Shown in pieces: positions 12,737-25,578 of a DNA stretch of 64,000 nucleotides (position 1 is the first letter of the stretch; the number at the start of each line of letters is the position of its first letter). The notes beneath the pieces are model-generated. The model saw only the letters and a list, made by a program, of their open reading frames with translations, ran no database searches and had not been told where the DNA came from. Source of the stretch: Octopus sinensis (Eukaryota); NCBI RefSeq assembly GCF_006345805.1, contig NC_043000.1, positions 148,738,001 to 148,802,000 of the forward strand. Direction: 5' to 3'. Made by a program: the position numbers and the translations under genes.

Positions 12737-12743
12737 ATATTAA

Positions 12744-12786
<43 letters not shown>

Positions 12787-12790
<4 letters not shown>

Positions 12791-12882
12791 GAGAGAGAGA
12801 CCACTATGTGGTCTATTCTAGTGCTAAAAATAGATCTATTTTTAGCACTAGAGTAGACCACATTGTGGTCTCTCTCTCATAT
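12787..12882. repeat. 96-bp near-perfect palindrome (48-bp arms, no loop)
   Basis: ATATGAGAGAGAGACCAC...AAATAGA|TCTATTT...GTGGTCTCTCTCTCATAT; 2 mismatches. Confidence 0.93.
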
Positions 12883-13794
12883 TTATCTATAAATTTGTAT
12901 TGTATCCCTGGTTTTTATGTGCTAAGCCACTTGGTGTTAAATTGATGGTATATTTAATTAATATTAAATTTTTCACCCTCATTTATAAATATATATATAT
13001 AATATATATATATATATATACACACACACAAACAGACTGAGATTGAAATGAAGAGTGAGAGAAAGAGAATGATATAGCTTGAAGGAACCAAATTTTTTAG
13101 CCTTCTAACTGTGAAATTAAATTTCATAATTATCCCTATAATTATGTTCAATATCTGCCAAAAAATAGAATTGGTATTTTCTGCAACAAGTCATGTTGCC
13201 TCAATAAATTTGATATATCTCAACAAAAAATAGTTTTAAATATGACATTCCTTAACAAAAGATAGACTGGTATATAAAACAGCTTTCTGCAGTTAAGTGC
13301 AATGGCATTTTGAGCAGATATGTCAGATTTCTGCAGTAAACGGGTTAAATATAATTCTTCCCTAATTTTATGTGTTTAATTTGTTGACTTCCTTCTGTGA
13401 TTTTTCAAAATTTTATATTGGAGACAATTTGAATTTAAGCGTATCTAATTTTACATATGAATAAATTAGTGTCTTAAGAGTCATATGGCTATATAAACTT
13501 AGACTTAGATAAAGTTAGATATGTTTTGACCAAAGATTGATCCAGGCTATATCTAACTTAATAGCACCATATAGGTTTAAAAATAGGTTTAAATAGGTTT
13601 AAAATGTTCAGTATGTGTACAGTTGACTTTCTTTGTAATATGATAAGCAGTCAATGATAGAATGAATGCATAAATGAGAAAGAAAGAGAAAAGAAATATA
13701 CCGCCTTAAGACTCCTGTTAATAATTTGCCCTTAATGTTGATGGTGATAGTGGTGATGGTGGAGGTGGTAACAGTGACAATGATTTCTAACATA

Positions 13795-14050
13795 GACACA
13801 AGGCCAGAAATGAAAGGCAAGCGAGCTGGCAGAATCATTAGCACATCAGGCGACATGCTTAGCAGTATTTCGTCTGTCGCTACGTTCTGAGTTCAAATTC
13901 CGCCAAGGTTGACTTTGCCTTTCATCCTTTCGAGGTCAATTAAATAAGTACCAGTTATGCACTGGGGTCGATATAATCGACTTAATCCTTTTTGTCTGTC
14001 CTTGTTTGTCCCATCTGCGTGTAGCCCCTTGTGGGCAGTAAAGAAATAAG
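13795..14050 (+). mobile_element. SINE family C
   Basis: Match to 4421-4615. Confidence 0.82.
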
Positions 14051-14128
14051 AAATGAAAGGAGGGGAAACAGTAAATATAAAAATCCCAGTAGTAGACAAT
14101 AATAATTTAGTGAAATAAACGAACTAAC

Positions 14129-14202
14129 CTTTCCATAAGAGTCTTTTTTGTAATACTTATGCCAGCCTGTAATAGGTATGATTTATAATCTAAAAATGTT
14201 CC
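14129..14202 (-). CDS. TP53BP1: 53BP1 BRCT linker exon (GTFLDYKSYLLQAGISIT)
   Basis: Matches NYRNYLLPAGYS; TTTTCTTTTTCAG acceptor, AG|GTTAGT donor. Confidence 0.93.
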
Positions 14203-14569
14203 CTGAAAAAGAAAATAATCAAACAATAAAATTTTGCAAATTTATCATTGAATCAACCAAAGAAACAGAAAAAAATCCATATTTTAGTATTTTGTCATTA
14301 ATTCTTTTGCTATTAACCATTCACTTTTCCTTCAACAAACATTGCCATTAATTATATGTTCTGTCTGTAACTGTTGAATAATATTTGAAATAAAACCTGG
14401 AGATATAATGCTTAACACATTCATAATGATTTGCTTTGTTTTGCAAGTTTTTATATTATATAGTTGGTTAAGGTGCTTAATTGCTAACACTGCTTATCTG
14501 CCAGAAAATATGAACAAAAACCTTTAAAAAATCAATCTATAACAGAGTCACATTCATAATAGAGTTACA

Positions 14570-14985
14570 TCATCATCATCATCATTTAACATCCGCTTTC
14601 CATGCTAGCATGGGTTGAACAGTTTGACTGTGGGCTGGCGGACCAGATGGCTGCACCAGGCTCCAGTCTTGATCTGGCAGAGTTTCTACAGCTGGATGCC
14701 CTTCCTAACGCCAACCACTCCGAGAGTGTAGTGGGTGCTTTTACGTGCCACCGGCACGGGGGCCAGTCAGGCGGCACTGGCAACGGCCACGCTTGAATTT
14801 TTTTTTCTTTTTTTTTTTACACATGCCAACGGCACAGGTGCCAGTAAGGCGATGCTGGTAATGATCCCACTCGAATGATGCCTCCTACATGCCACCAGCA
14901 CGGAAGCCAGTTAGCCACTCTGACAACGATCACGCTCAGATGGTGCTCTTAGTACCCTACTAGCATGGGGCACAAGTGCCAAAAA
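14570..14985 (-). mobile_element. Family A element with GTGCC..GGCAC sub-repeats
   Basis: Family match; other copies at about 1390-1578(+), 12085-12235(+), 17306-17530(-), 23365-23760(-) and 24780-25165(-). Confidence 0.8.
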
Positions 14986-15200
14986 ATACAAAATTTTCTT
15001 TCCTCAGCTAAATTAAAAACAAAATACTTAATTCAATATCATCCAACTATAGACCCTTCCCAGCTTAGAAAATTGAATATTTAACTGTAACTTATTCCAG
15101 GAAATGAAAAGCAATAATTTAGTGTATTTTATCCTAATAGCATTTACCTCTCATTACAAAAATGTTGTGCATAATATCTGCAATTCTAGAAAGGACTTAC

Positions 15201-15329
15201 CTGCTTACAACAATCTCTCACCCACAAATGAGATACACAAGGAATACCAGCTGCAAGTCCTTGAAGGTATTTGACAGTTCTCTGGTAAGTATTGGACACA
15301 ACAAAACTTGTTTTATGTGGAGACAGAAA
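15201..15329 (-). CDS. TP53BP1: 53BP1 BRCT1 exon (YQRTVKYLQGLAAGIPCVSHLWVRDCC)
   Basis: Near-identical to RTRKYFLCLASGIPCVSHVWVHDSC; canonical splice sites. Confidence 0.96.
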
Positions 15330-15537
15330 CTGGAAATTAAAGAAAATTTCTTTATAATAACATAGAATAAATAAGCAAAAAAAGAGAAAATATGAGCTTC
15401 TATATGCATTTTAAAATATTCATTATCCAGTATAAAAAAATGTATAGTTTATTAATTTTCTTTGGATTCCTTTGGAGTGAGATGAAATCATTGCATGAGG
15501 TTAGTGCACTTAAATGAAAAATATATAAAAAAGATAA

Positions 15538-15958
15538 GTGCAGGAGTGGCTGTGTGGTAAGTAGCTTGCTAACCAACCACATGGTTCCGGGTTCAGTCCC
15601 ACTGCGTGGCATCTTGGGCAAGTGTCTTCTGCTATAGCCTCGGGCCGACCAATGCCTTGTGAGTGGATTTGGTAGACGGAAACTGAAAGAAGCCTGTCGT
15701 ATATATGTATATATATATGTATGTATATATATGCATGTGTGTGTTTGTGTGTCTGTGTTTGTCCCCCTAGCATTGCTTGACAACCGATGCTGGTGTGTTT
15801 ACGTCCCCGTCACTTAGCGGTTCGGCAAAAGAGACCGATAGAATAAGTACTGGGTTTACAAAGAATAAGTCCCGGGGTCGATTTGCTCGACTAAAGGCGG
15901 TGCTCCAGCATGGCCGCAGTCAAATGACTGAAACAAGTAAAAGAGTAAAAGAGAGTAA
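15538..15958 (+). mobile_element. SINE family B
   Basis: Full-length match to family consensus. Confidence 0.88.
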
Positions 15959-16498
15959 ATGAATTAAATTAAAATGTCAAATTACACAATTTCTATTATA
16001 CAAACCACATCAAGTTTTACACAATAAAATCAACCTTAATTAAAATGGTGACAATTTTTCCCAAATTAACATGGATAATAAAAGACTACAAAATAACCTC
16101 CATCCTATTGACTTTATGTCTGATCCATTCTTTTATAAAATCTAGGATTGGGTTCTTTTAGTCTAAGACATTTTTAATCCTTCTTCTGTTTAGGTTATGT
16201 TTTTTTCATGTTACCTAGCTCATACGTCAAATACCTAAAAAAAATTAGAACTGTTATTTTTGTATCTAACAACATATGTTACTAAAACCTTACCAATTTC
16301 TAAACTTATTCTACATGGGCAAAAATAATAAGCATTAACCGCCAGCATCTCTCAGACTTTTGCCTTCACTATACACCATACAGGTTAAACCTACTTCTTT
16401 GAATATAGAATTAAATACACTTTGCTGGTCAACAATCTTTTATTGTCATCCATCTTCTTAGGCAAGTATGAGCTACTACATTTCATTAACATATTTTG

Positions 16499-16848
16499 TA
16501 CTCTTTTACTTGTTTCAGTCATTTGACTGCGGCCATGCTAGAGCACCGCCTTTAGTCGAGCAAATCAACCCCGGGACTTATTCTTTGTAAGCCCAGTACT
16601 TATTCAACCAGCATCGGTTGTCAAGCAATGCTAGAGGGACAAACACAGACACACAAACATACATATATATATACATATATACGACAGGCTTCTTTCAGTT
16701 TCCGTCTACCAAATCCACTCACAAGGCATTGGTCGGCCCGGGGCTATAGCAGAAGACACTTGCCCAAGATGCCACACAGTGGGACTGAACCCGGAACCAT
16801 GTGGTTGTTTAGCAAGCTACTTACCACACAGCCACTCCTGCGCCTATG
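16499..16848 (-). mobile_element. SINE family B (internal deletion)
   Basis: Match to family, missing about 55 nt. Confidence 0.85.
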
Positions 16849-17180
16849 TACATTGACGTTTTTTCAGTGATTACATCTCATTTAGATAACAGAATTTGTC
16901 TACAAGCTCAAAACAATTATTAACAACTATAAGTATAGATCATTAAACAGTCAGCTGAAATTATGAGCACTTGAAACTTTAAGAAACATACCATTAGACA
17001 AAACAGACTATGGGAAAATAAATTACTATTGTCACCTTATAAACATACAGGGGACATTAGAAAAGGTATACTACTGCAAAGAATCACCCTAATGCATGAG
17101 TTTTACAAATAACTCAACTCATACTAATGTGAAAAAATAAATATAAGAATAATTTTATATATTAATATGAGTAAACTTAC

Positions 17181-17269
17181 ATCTTTGTGCCAGGAACTAA
17201 AAACTTGTCCTCCACCTGTTTCAAGTTGGATCCGTAAATGGTTTTTATCGAAGGGAACTTTAGGTTCAA
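17181..17269 (-). CDS. TP53BP1: 53BP1 BRCT1 exon (EPKVPFDKNHLRIQLETGGGQVF)
   Basis: Matches PPFNKQYTESQLRAGAGYIL; TTTTTTTGCAG acceptor, GTAAGT donor. Confidence 0.93.
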
Positions 17270-18237
17270 CTGCAAAAAAAGTATTAATTTTATTTTTGGG
17301 GACTTATCATCATCATCATCATCATTGTTTAATGTCTGCTTTCTATGGTGGCATGGGTTGGACGGTTTGACTGAGGACTGGCAAACCAGAAGGCTACACC
17401 AGGCTCCAATCTGACCTGGCAAGGTTTCTACAACTGGATGCCCTTCCTAATGCCAAGAGTGTAGTGGGGGCTTTTACGTGCCAGAAGCACAAGGGCCAGT
17501 CAGGCATCACTGGCAGTGACCACATTCGTATGGTGCATTTTATCTGAATGCAAATATCAAATTCAATCACCTGCTTTTACTTATAATTCAAATAAAGCTA
17601 TCACTGAGAGAAAAATCTCTGAAATAGTAGAGAAGCAGAGCGATAAATTTTTGGCAGCAATTGGAATTACACACTTCCACAATGGTAACCACAACATCTG
17701 TGATAGAATGAATGCATGATTTGATTGTAATTATTCAAATATTTAGCAGCAACTCACAAATATATATGAAGTATGTTCATCCTATCTTCTGAAAACATGC
17801 CCCAGTATAAACCCTGTACAGGAGCCTCTATGACATCTCAAAAGGACATATCTCAGTCACATTTGATAATATAGCCCTAGATATACATGGTCAGGAAAAA
17901 AATGTCTCATGACAAGCATGCCTCCCATTGTAAGTCTGCTCATTCAGAGATGGCCTGGGGCTAAACAACATATTTTAGTTTGTTAACAGTATCAGTTTTA
18001 TTACCACTGGAGAAATCAATTGTTGAGCTATCAAACGGTTCAATAATTCTAAGTCTAGACCTGTATCTTAACAGTGAACTTTGATGTGTTATAATTCTGG
18101 CAATATTTTTCAACCTTTCTACATTGACAACATACCAAAATGATATTGGTTTGCTGCATTCTTAATTAATGTTCTTTAGAACTTTTATTAGATCTATGTT
18201 ATAATTATCATCACTGCCATTTGATTTTTGTCCATTA

Positions 18238-18371
18238 TACAGGGAGATTCAAAAGTCGCCATACATAAGAACAACTTATTTTTTTTATAAGAAACAGTTT
18301 TTTTAATTTAACTGTTTCTTATAAAAAAAACAAATTTTTCCAATGTATGGTGACTTTTGAATCACCCTGTA
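18238..18371. mobile_element. Tc1/mariner-type fold-back MITE (TA TSD)
   Basis: TA-CAGGGAGATTCAAAAGTCGCCATACA ... TGTATGGTGACTTTTGAATCACCCTG-TA. Confidence 0.85.
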
Positions 18372-18733
18372 ATTTAATGCAGTAGAATTCAGCAATTTTG
18401 CAGCAATATTTCACACAACAGTTGAAAATAATATATCAAGATTTGATTGCTGTATGACAGATTTGAAAATCATTAGTTGCCATAATTGAAGAATTGATGA
18501 ACTTTTAAGTGACCTCTATGTGGTCACCCAACTCACAGCAAAAAACAACAGCCAAATGTCTGAAAGAAAATGGGATTGTCAGTGCTGGAATCCTTTTAAC
18601 CATAGGTTTGCTTGACCACGACTAACTTGGGGCTAAACAACAACAGTGCAGTTTTTGTTGGTGAGGGAGAGGTTTTTGTACTAACTAGAAATTAACTAAG
18701 AGATAGTTATGAGAAGAATGCTAATGGTATCAC

Positions 18734-18904
18734 CTCCTAAGTCAGAATTAGACAAATTGGTTGAACTTTCAGATGAGAATTCATGAAGTAATTTCTTGTC
18801 GATTAACTTTTGTTCAGGAGATTTTTCAGTGTAAGTGAGCAAGAAATTCATTGCATTGAAAAGCGACTTCTTTGGAACTGGTCCCTTCACAACTTCAAAG
18901 AGTT
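18734..18904 (-). CDS. TP53BP1: 53BP1 BRCT1 start (GPVPKKSLFNAMNFLLT)
   Basis: Matches GPLPLNKTLFLGYAFLLT; TTTCAG acceptor, G|GTGATA donor. Confidence 0.93.
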
Positions 18905-19670
18905 CTGAAATTAATCAAAATACAAATATAGAAGTCTTAGAGGAAGATGGAGTAGGGAAAAGAGAAAAAGAAATAAAAGAAAATAAGTGGGGTTTTTTTC
19001 TCTTTTGTCTTTCAGACTAAACACAAAACTACCTACATGTAGGGGATAATAACACTGTGTAACAAAATTTTAATTTTTTTCTTTTTGTCACTGGTCAGTA
19101 AGTGTTATTTATTTCCTATTTGCTTCTATCTAAAAATCAAAGGAAATGACTACTATTCCCTTCAAACTTTGCTTTTGTGACCTGGACATCAATGTTGTTA
19201 TGAGTAGGAGTAGTGGGGGAGCATGATAGCCATGTGTTGAGAGGGATTCCTTGGGGTTTGAATAAATGTAACAAAAGCAAAATTTGAAAGAAATATTAGC
19301 CATTTTTCATATTTTCTTAGGGTAAGCAAATAGGAAATAAGAGTTGCTACACAAGGACAAAAATCGTATTACATCGTGTGATGCATTGAATCCAATGTAA
19401 TCAAAAGGGAGGAGATGCATCAGTATATGGTGATAATTTCAGGAACAAAAAGCAACATATTCAAGCATATTCACCTCAGTCAGTTACACTTTGAGTTGAT
19501 CAGTATATAAAGAAACAGAGGCAAAGAAATAATGTTAATGATAAATATCAACAACAGCGCTGAAGGAAAACATCTCAGGAAAGTATACTGCATACTAAAC
19601 ATACATATAGTAGAGTTCCATATAACAGAGTGAACTGAAAAACTTTGATTAGCTGGTGTTACTCTGGAAG

Positions 19671-20632
19671 AGTATCAAAAATTCTTTCTAGGAATATTTG
19701 AAATCCAAAACCAACAGGTAAGGATACTCAAATTAAGTATCAAAAATTCTTTCTGGGAATATTTGAAATCCAAAACCAACAGGTAAGGATACTCAAATTA
19801 AGTATCAAAAATTCTTTCTAGGAATATTTGAAATCCAAAACCAACAGGTAAGGATACTCAAATTAAGTATCAAAAATTCTTTCTAGGAATATTTGAAATC
19901 CAAAACCAACAGGTAAGGATACTCAAATTAAGTATCAAAAATTCTTTCTAGGAATATTTGAAATCCAAAACCAACAGGTAAGGATACTCAAATTAAGTAT
20001 CAAAAATTCTTTCTAGGAATATTTGAAATCCAAAAACAACAGGTAAGGATACTCGAATTAAGTATCAAAAATTCTTTCTAGGAATATTTGAAATCCAAAA
20101 CCAACAGGTAAGGATACTCAAATTAAGTATCAAAAATTCTTTCTAGGAATATTTGAAATCCAAAACCAACAGGTAAGGATACTCAAATTAAGTATCAAAA
20201 ATTCTTTCTAGGAATATTTGAAATCCAAAACCAACAGGTAAGGATACTCAATTAAGTATCAAAAATTCTTTCTAGGAATATTTGAAATCCAAAAACAACA
20301 GTAAGGATACTCGAATTAAGTATCAAAAATTCTTTCTAGGAATATTGAAATCCAAAACCAACAGGTAAGGATACTCAAATTAAGTATCAAAAATTCTTTC
20401 TAGGAATATTTGAAATCCAAAACCAACAGGTAAGGATACTCAAATTAAGTATCAAAAATTCTTTCTAGGAATATTTGAAATCCAAAACCAACAGGTAAGG
20501 ATACTCAAATTAAGTATCAAAAATTCTTTCTAGGAATATTTGAAATCCAAAACCAACAGGTAAGGATACTCAAATTAAGTATCAAAAATTCTTTCTAGGA
20601 ATATTTGAAATCCAAAACCAACAGGTAAGGAT
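19671..20632. repeat. 65-bp tandem satellite, about 15 near-identical copies
   Basis: Unit AGTATCAAAAATTCTTTCTAGGAATATTTGAAATCCAAAACCAACAGGTAAGGATACTCAAATTA; period 65 (19681, 19746, 19811...). Confidence 0.97.
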
Positions 20633-20885
20633 GATAACTCCAATGATATTAGCTAAGACAGATTTAAGTTTTTAATGCAATACATGGGGAAAATGGAGCA
20701 CAAGTGTTATAATCAGGAACACTGGTAGTGATGCTGATGGTTGGGTAACTATCTCTTTACAACACGATAGGGGCAGGTGGGGATGCAGATAAAACAGGAA
20801 ACAATATGTTGTCTGGTGGGATCTATGTACACACACAGTGTGTGTGTGTCTTTGCATATGTATATATGTTTGTATGTACGTATGT

Positions 20886-21285
20886 GGAGTGGCTGTGTGG
20901 TAAGTAGCTTGCTAACCAACCACATGGTTCTGGGTTCAGTCCCACTGCGTGGCATCTTGGGCAAGTGTCTTCTGCTATAGCCCCGGGCCGACCGAAGCCT
21001 TGTGAGTGGATTTGGTAGATGGAAACTGAAAGAAGCCTGTCGTATATATGTGTATATATATATATGTATGTTTGTGTGTCTGTGTTTGTCCCCCTAGCAT
21101 TGCTTGACAACCGATGCTGGTGTGTTTACGTCCCCGTCACTTAGCGGTTCGGCAAAAGAGACCGATAGAATAAGTACTGGGCTTACAAAGAATAAGTCCC
21201 GGGGTCGATTTGCTTGACTAAAGACGATGCTCCAGCATGGCCGCAGTCAAATGACTGAAACAAGTAAAAAAGAGAGAAAAAGAGT
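20886..21285 (+). mobile_element. SINE family B
   Basis: Full-length match. Confidence 0.88.
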
Positions 21286-21298
21286 ATGTATGTATGTA

Positions 21299-21333
<35 letters not shown>

Positions 21334-21829
21334 ATGTATGTTGTATGTATGTATGTATGTATGTATTTATTTATGTAAGTAATTTTTATATTAAAGGTTT
21401 ACCTTTTTTAGCCCGTCGGTTTGTGGTGTCTTCATAATTATGTTTGGGAGATGCAATAGCAGCTCCAATATGGCAGATGCTGCCATCAGAATCTGAAAAA
21501 AATGGTAAAAATTATTTTTTATATTTAATACACATCACTTTCTTGTGTAACTCATCAATCTATATTTCATCTGAAATACTACTAATACAAGTCTCTGACT
21601 AATGAACCTACTGAGTCAAATGTTTTGCTGTTGTAGCAACACTACTACTACTACAACTACAACCACCACCACAACTACTACTACTACTACTTAGATTGAA
21701 CTTCTCACCCACTACTAATCTTCCATTCTTTTTAAATATTTATCAAAAAAAGGCACCACTGATATAATTGGTGACCCCAATATCACATGATTCTTAAGTT
21801 CAATAAGTCTTTGAAAAAACCAGAAAGAG

Positions 21830-21896
<67 letters not shown>

Positions 21897-22018
21897 GCAT
21901 CAAGTAGTAAGAATACAACTTGAAACAACCAAAAACAAATATAACGACAGCTGTCGGCGATAATGACAATGGAGAATGATTGACAGAGAACAGTAGAGGC
22001 ATGTATTTTGTATTTGGA

Positions 22019-22402
22019 TGGAAGCACTCCGTCGGTTACGACAACGAGGGTTCCGGTTGATCCAAATCAACGGAACAGCCTGCTCGTGAAATTAACGTGT
22101 AAGTGGCTGAGCACTCCACAGACACGTGCACCCTTAACGTAGTTCTCGGGGACATTCAGCGTGACACACAGAGTGACAAGGCCGGCCCTTTGAAATACAA
22201 GGTACAACAGAAACAGGAAGTAAGAGTGAGAGAAAGTTGTGGTGAAAGAGTACAGCAGGGATCACCACCATCCCCTGCTGGAGCCTCATGGAGCTTTAGG
22301 TGTTTTCGCTCAATAAACACTCACAATGCCCGGTCTGGGAATCGAAACCGCGATCCTACGACCGCGAGTCCGCTGCCCTAACCACTGGGCCATTGCGCAT
22401 CC
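22019..22402 (-). mobile_element. tRNA-headed SINE (family D) with 11-bp TSD
   Basis: A/B-box head (GGCCCAGTGGTTAGGG...GGTTTCGATTCC) on minus; TSD ATTTTGTATTT at 22005-22015 and 22403-22413. Confidence 0.88.
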
Positions 22403-22457
22403 ATTTTGTATTTAAGTTATGGTACAATCCTACTGGAATTATGTGAATATACAATCT

Positions 22458-22686
22458 TTAACCCTTTAGTGTTCAGATTACTCTGTTAAATGTAATACTT
22501 TTTCACTCAAATTGTTTTGAATTAATCCTGGATTATCTTACAGCTTTGAGATTTCAATGATGTGATTACTTATTTTTAGAATGGCATTGTAGGTTAGGTG
22601 TGAGAGGCTAGACATCGCCAGTTTGAATATAAAACATGTAGAATATATTGGGCCGGATTTGGCCAGTTTAAACACTAAAGGGTTAA
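22458..22686. mobile_element. piggyBac-like MITE (subfamily A)
   Basis: TTAA-CCCT...AGGG-TTAA termini, about 225 bp. Confidence 0.82.
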
Positions 22687-22759
22687 GTCAGAAGTTCAAT
22701 ATTTTATTCAAAAGAGTCTTGTCTTAAGTAGTGAAGAAAATGAATGTTAAGAAAAATAC

Positions 22760-22900
22760 CTTTTTTTAAGGTAGATGCTTTTCTTTTATGAGTTGGTGTA
22801 CTCATTGCTCGTGGTTCCATTCTTGTCAATTTCTTATTTTTTTCATTTTCGGACGAAACTTTCCGACTAGCTGAACGCCGAGATCCATCAACCAAATTGT
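22760..22900 (-). CDS. TP53BP1: 53BP1 UDR C-terminal half and basic region (DNLVDGSRRS...HKRKASTLKK)
   Basis: Splicing restores ADVSL-DNLVDG (vertebrate ADISLDNLVEG); ATCATTAAAG acceptor, G|GTATTT donor. Confidence 0.9.
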
Positions 22901-22914
22901 CTTTAATGATAAAC

Positions 22915-23310
22915 GATAAGTTATCAACCATCTTACAAACAATAACTCTGAGCACCTTTTCAAACTCCACCCATCTAACACCCGTGGACATATTTACAAA
23001 GTCAGAAAACAGCACAGTTCCCATGACTTCAGGAAACATTTTTTCACGCTGAGAGTTGCTGAAGCATGGAACAAACTGCCAGCATCGGTTGTTAGTTGTC
23101 GGAGCACTGCATCCTTCAAAACTTCCATGCTTTCTGAGATTCGCCAACGCTACACCTGATTTTCTCCCCTCCATACACACACAAGCATGTATCTGACTCA
23201 TACATTGTTCGCTTTCCAGACATTTTTACATTACTGCATACACTTTATATGCACTTTCTGACAAGTTGTGGTGCACCTGAGCACTGTATACAATTATTTC
23301 ATTATCATAT
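22915..23310 (+). mobile_element. CR1-type LINE 3' fragment with 3' UTR
   Basis: Plus translation INHLTNNNSEHLFKLHPSNTRGHIYKVRKQ...RKHFFTLRVAEAWNKLPASVV.C.S..SFK. Confidence 0.85.
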
Positions 23311-23777
23311 TATAAGTTTTGAACTGAGCGCTAATATGGTTTGTTGAATAAATGGACATGTCGTCATTGTCTTCATTTAACGTCTATTTTCCATGCTGGC
23401 AAGGGAAAGCTGGGGAGCTGCACTATGTTCCAATCTGATTTGGCATACTTTCTACAGCTGGATGCCTTTCCTAGCGCCAACCACTCCAAGAGTATAGTGG
23501 GTGCCTTTTACATGCCACCAGCATGCCTGCCACTGACGTGACACCAACATTGGACATGACTACAACCTCACTTGACTTAACAGGTCTTCTTAAGCACGGT
23601 ATATCACCAAAGGTCTTGGTCACCTATCATTGCCTCTGTGAGGCCCAACACTCAAACAGTGCTTTTTATGTGCCACTGGTACAAATGCCAGTCAGACAGC
23701 ACTGGTATCGGTCACGGCTATGATTCCCCTTGGCTTGACAGGTTTTCTCAATGTTAATCTGCCCTAGTTAGAACTCC

Positions 23778-24238
23778 CTTTTTACTTGTTTCAGTCATTT
23801 GACTGCTGCCATGCTGGAGCACCGACTTTAGTCGAGCAAATCGACCCCAGGACTTATTCTTTGTAAGCCTAGTACTTATTCTATCGGTCTTCTTTTGCCG
23901 ACCCGCTCAGTTACGGGGACGTAAACACACCAGCATCGGTTGTCAAGCGATGTTGGGGGGACAAACAGACACAAATACACACACACACACACACATACAT
24001 ACACATACATACACACACACATACATACATACATACATACAGATATACATACATACGTACATACGTACATATATACGACGGGCTTCTTTCAGTTTCCGCC
24101 AACCAAATCCACTCACAAGGTTTTGATCGGCCCGAAGCTATAGTAGAAGACACTTGCCCAAGATGCCACGCAGTGGGACTGAACCCGGAACCATGTGGTT
24201 GGTTAGCAAGCTACTTACCACACAGCCACTCCTGCGCC
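23778..24238 (-). mobile_element. SINE family B
   Basis: Full-length match. Confidence 0.87.
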
Positions 24239-24299
24239 TATTACTGTGCCAGTTACTTTAAAATATTATTTAAATTATTAAAAAAAGCCAAGCCAGCTA

Positions 24300-24745
24300 C
24301 CTTCATTTCAGTGTTTGCACCTACCCTTATTTATGGTCAGGAATATAATGACTGAAAGAATATGATCGTAAATATAAACAGCTGAAAAGGGGTTCCTCCA
24401 AAGAGTCTTTGGAATAATATTATTTGATAGAGTGCATAGCTAGGAGATCTGAGAAGCACTCCAGGTAGGGCCACTACTTATCCAAATTGAGAGACCATAG
24501 GTCCGATACTATGAACATGTGGTAAGAATGTCTCAGGAAAAAAATTGTTGAACAGATTTTACAGGCAAAGCCAGCCAGCCCTTGGGTAGGCCACGAGCAA
24601 GATAGTAGGATAACATCCACAAGCTTGGTTGGTCTTGCTTGGGAATCCAATAAGATCATTTGGAAGTGGTTGCTTCTAACAGGACCCAATGGAAGGTGTA
24701 TGGGAGGACTCTACATCATGACCTTCCAAGGAATAAATGGGTGAA
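24300..24745 (+). mobile_element. Degraded RTE-clade LINE ORF2 3' end
   Basis: Remnants PTLIYGQE, HVVRMSQE, GRPR, with many stops. Confidence 0.65.
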
Positions 24746-24776
24746 GATGATCAGATGAGATGGAAAGAAAACCAAT

Positions 24777-24814
<38 letters not shown>

Positions 24815-25453
24815 TTAGCGTCCGCTTTCCATGCTAGCATGGGTTGGACGGTTCAACTGGGGTCTGTGAAGCCAGAAGGCTGCACCAGGCCCAGTCTGAT
24901 CTGGCAGTGTTTCTACGACTGGATGCCCTTCCTAACGCCAACCACTCCGCGAGTGTAGTGGGTGCATTTTACTGAAACAAGTAAAAAGGGAGTTCTAACT
25001 AGGGCAAACGGCCACGAACGGATGGTGCTTTTACGTGCCACCGGCATGGGGGCCAGGCGAGGCTGGCAACGGACACGAATGGATGGTGCTTTTACGTGCC
25101 ACTGGCACGGAAGCCAGTCGGGGTGACGCTGGCAACGGCCACGAACGGATGGTGCTTTTTACATGCTTTTTGTCGCAACAAAATCTGTATATTACTAAAC
25201 TCTGTACATTATTAAATAAAATTAAATTACAAATATAAAATAAAAAGGAGAAATTTACTGAAATTATAACACATATTTGGGAGTATGGTACAGCCCCTTA
25301 GCTTACCAGACTTGGTCAACCCGTCCAACCCATGCCAGCATGGACAATAGATGTTAAATGATGATGCTGATGATTTGAAATAATAAATACTAATTAAATT
25401 AAATAATTACAATCTTAAATTTTTGGAAGGAAATATAGTAAATGAATTCATAC

Positions 25454-25578
25454 CTAAACTAACATCAGCTCCTGATGGAACTGGTGTAGATAGCACACCA
25501 GGCATAAGCAAAAAATCTTCATCAGATAACATGTGCTCAGCTTGGTCTTCAGACAGGATTACTTGTTTCCTGGAACAT
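25454..25578 (-). CDS. TP53BP1: 53BP1 end of Tudor 2 and start of UDR (CSRKQVILSEDQA...GADVSL)
   Basis: Matches YKRMAVILSLEQG...AADISL; CTTCAG acceptor, G|GTATGA donor. Confidence 0.93.

Noticed and set aside
19671-20632. CRISPR-like array
   Set aside because: Pure tandem repeat with no unique spacers, in a eukaryotic intron.
22903-23201. 5' two-thirds of ORF 22704..23201 as 53BP1 coding sequence
   Set aside because: It is the antisense of the CR1 fragment; homology supports splicing at 22900.
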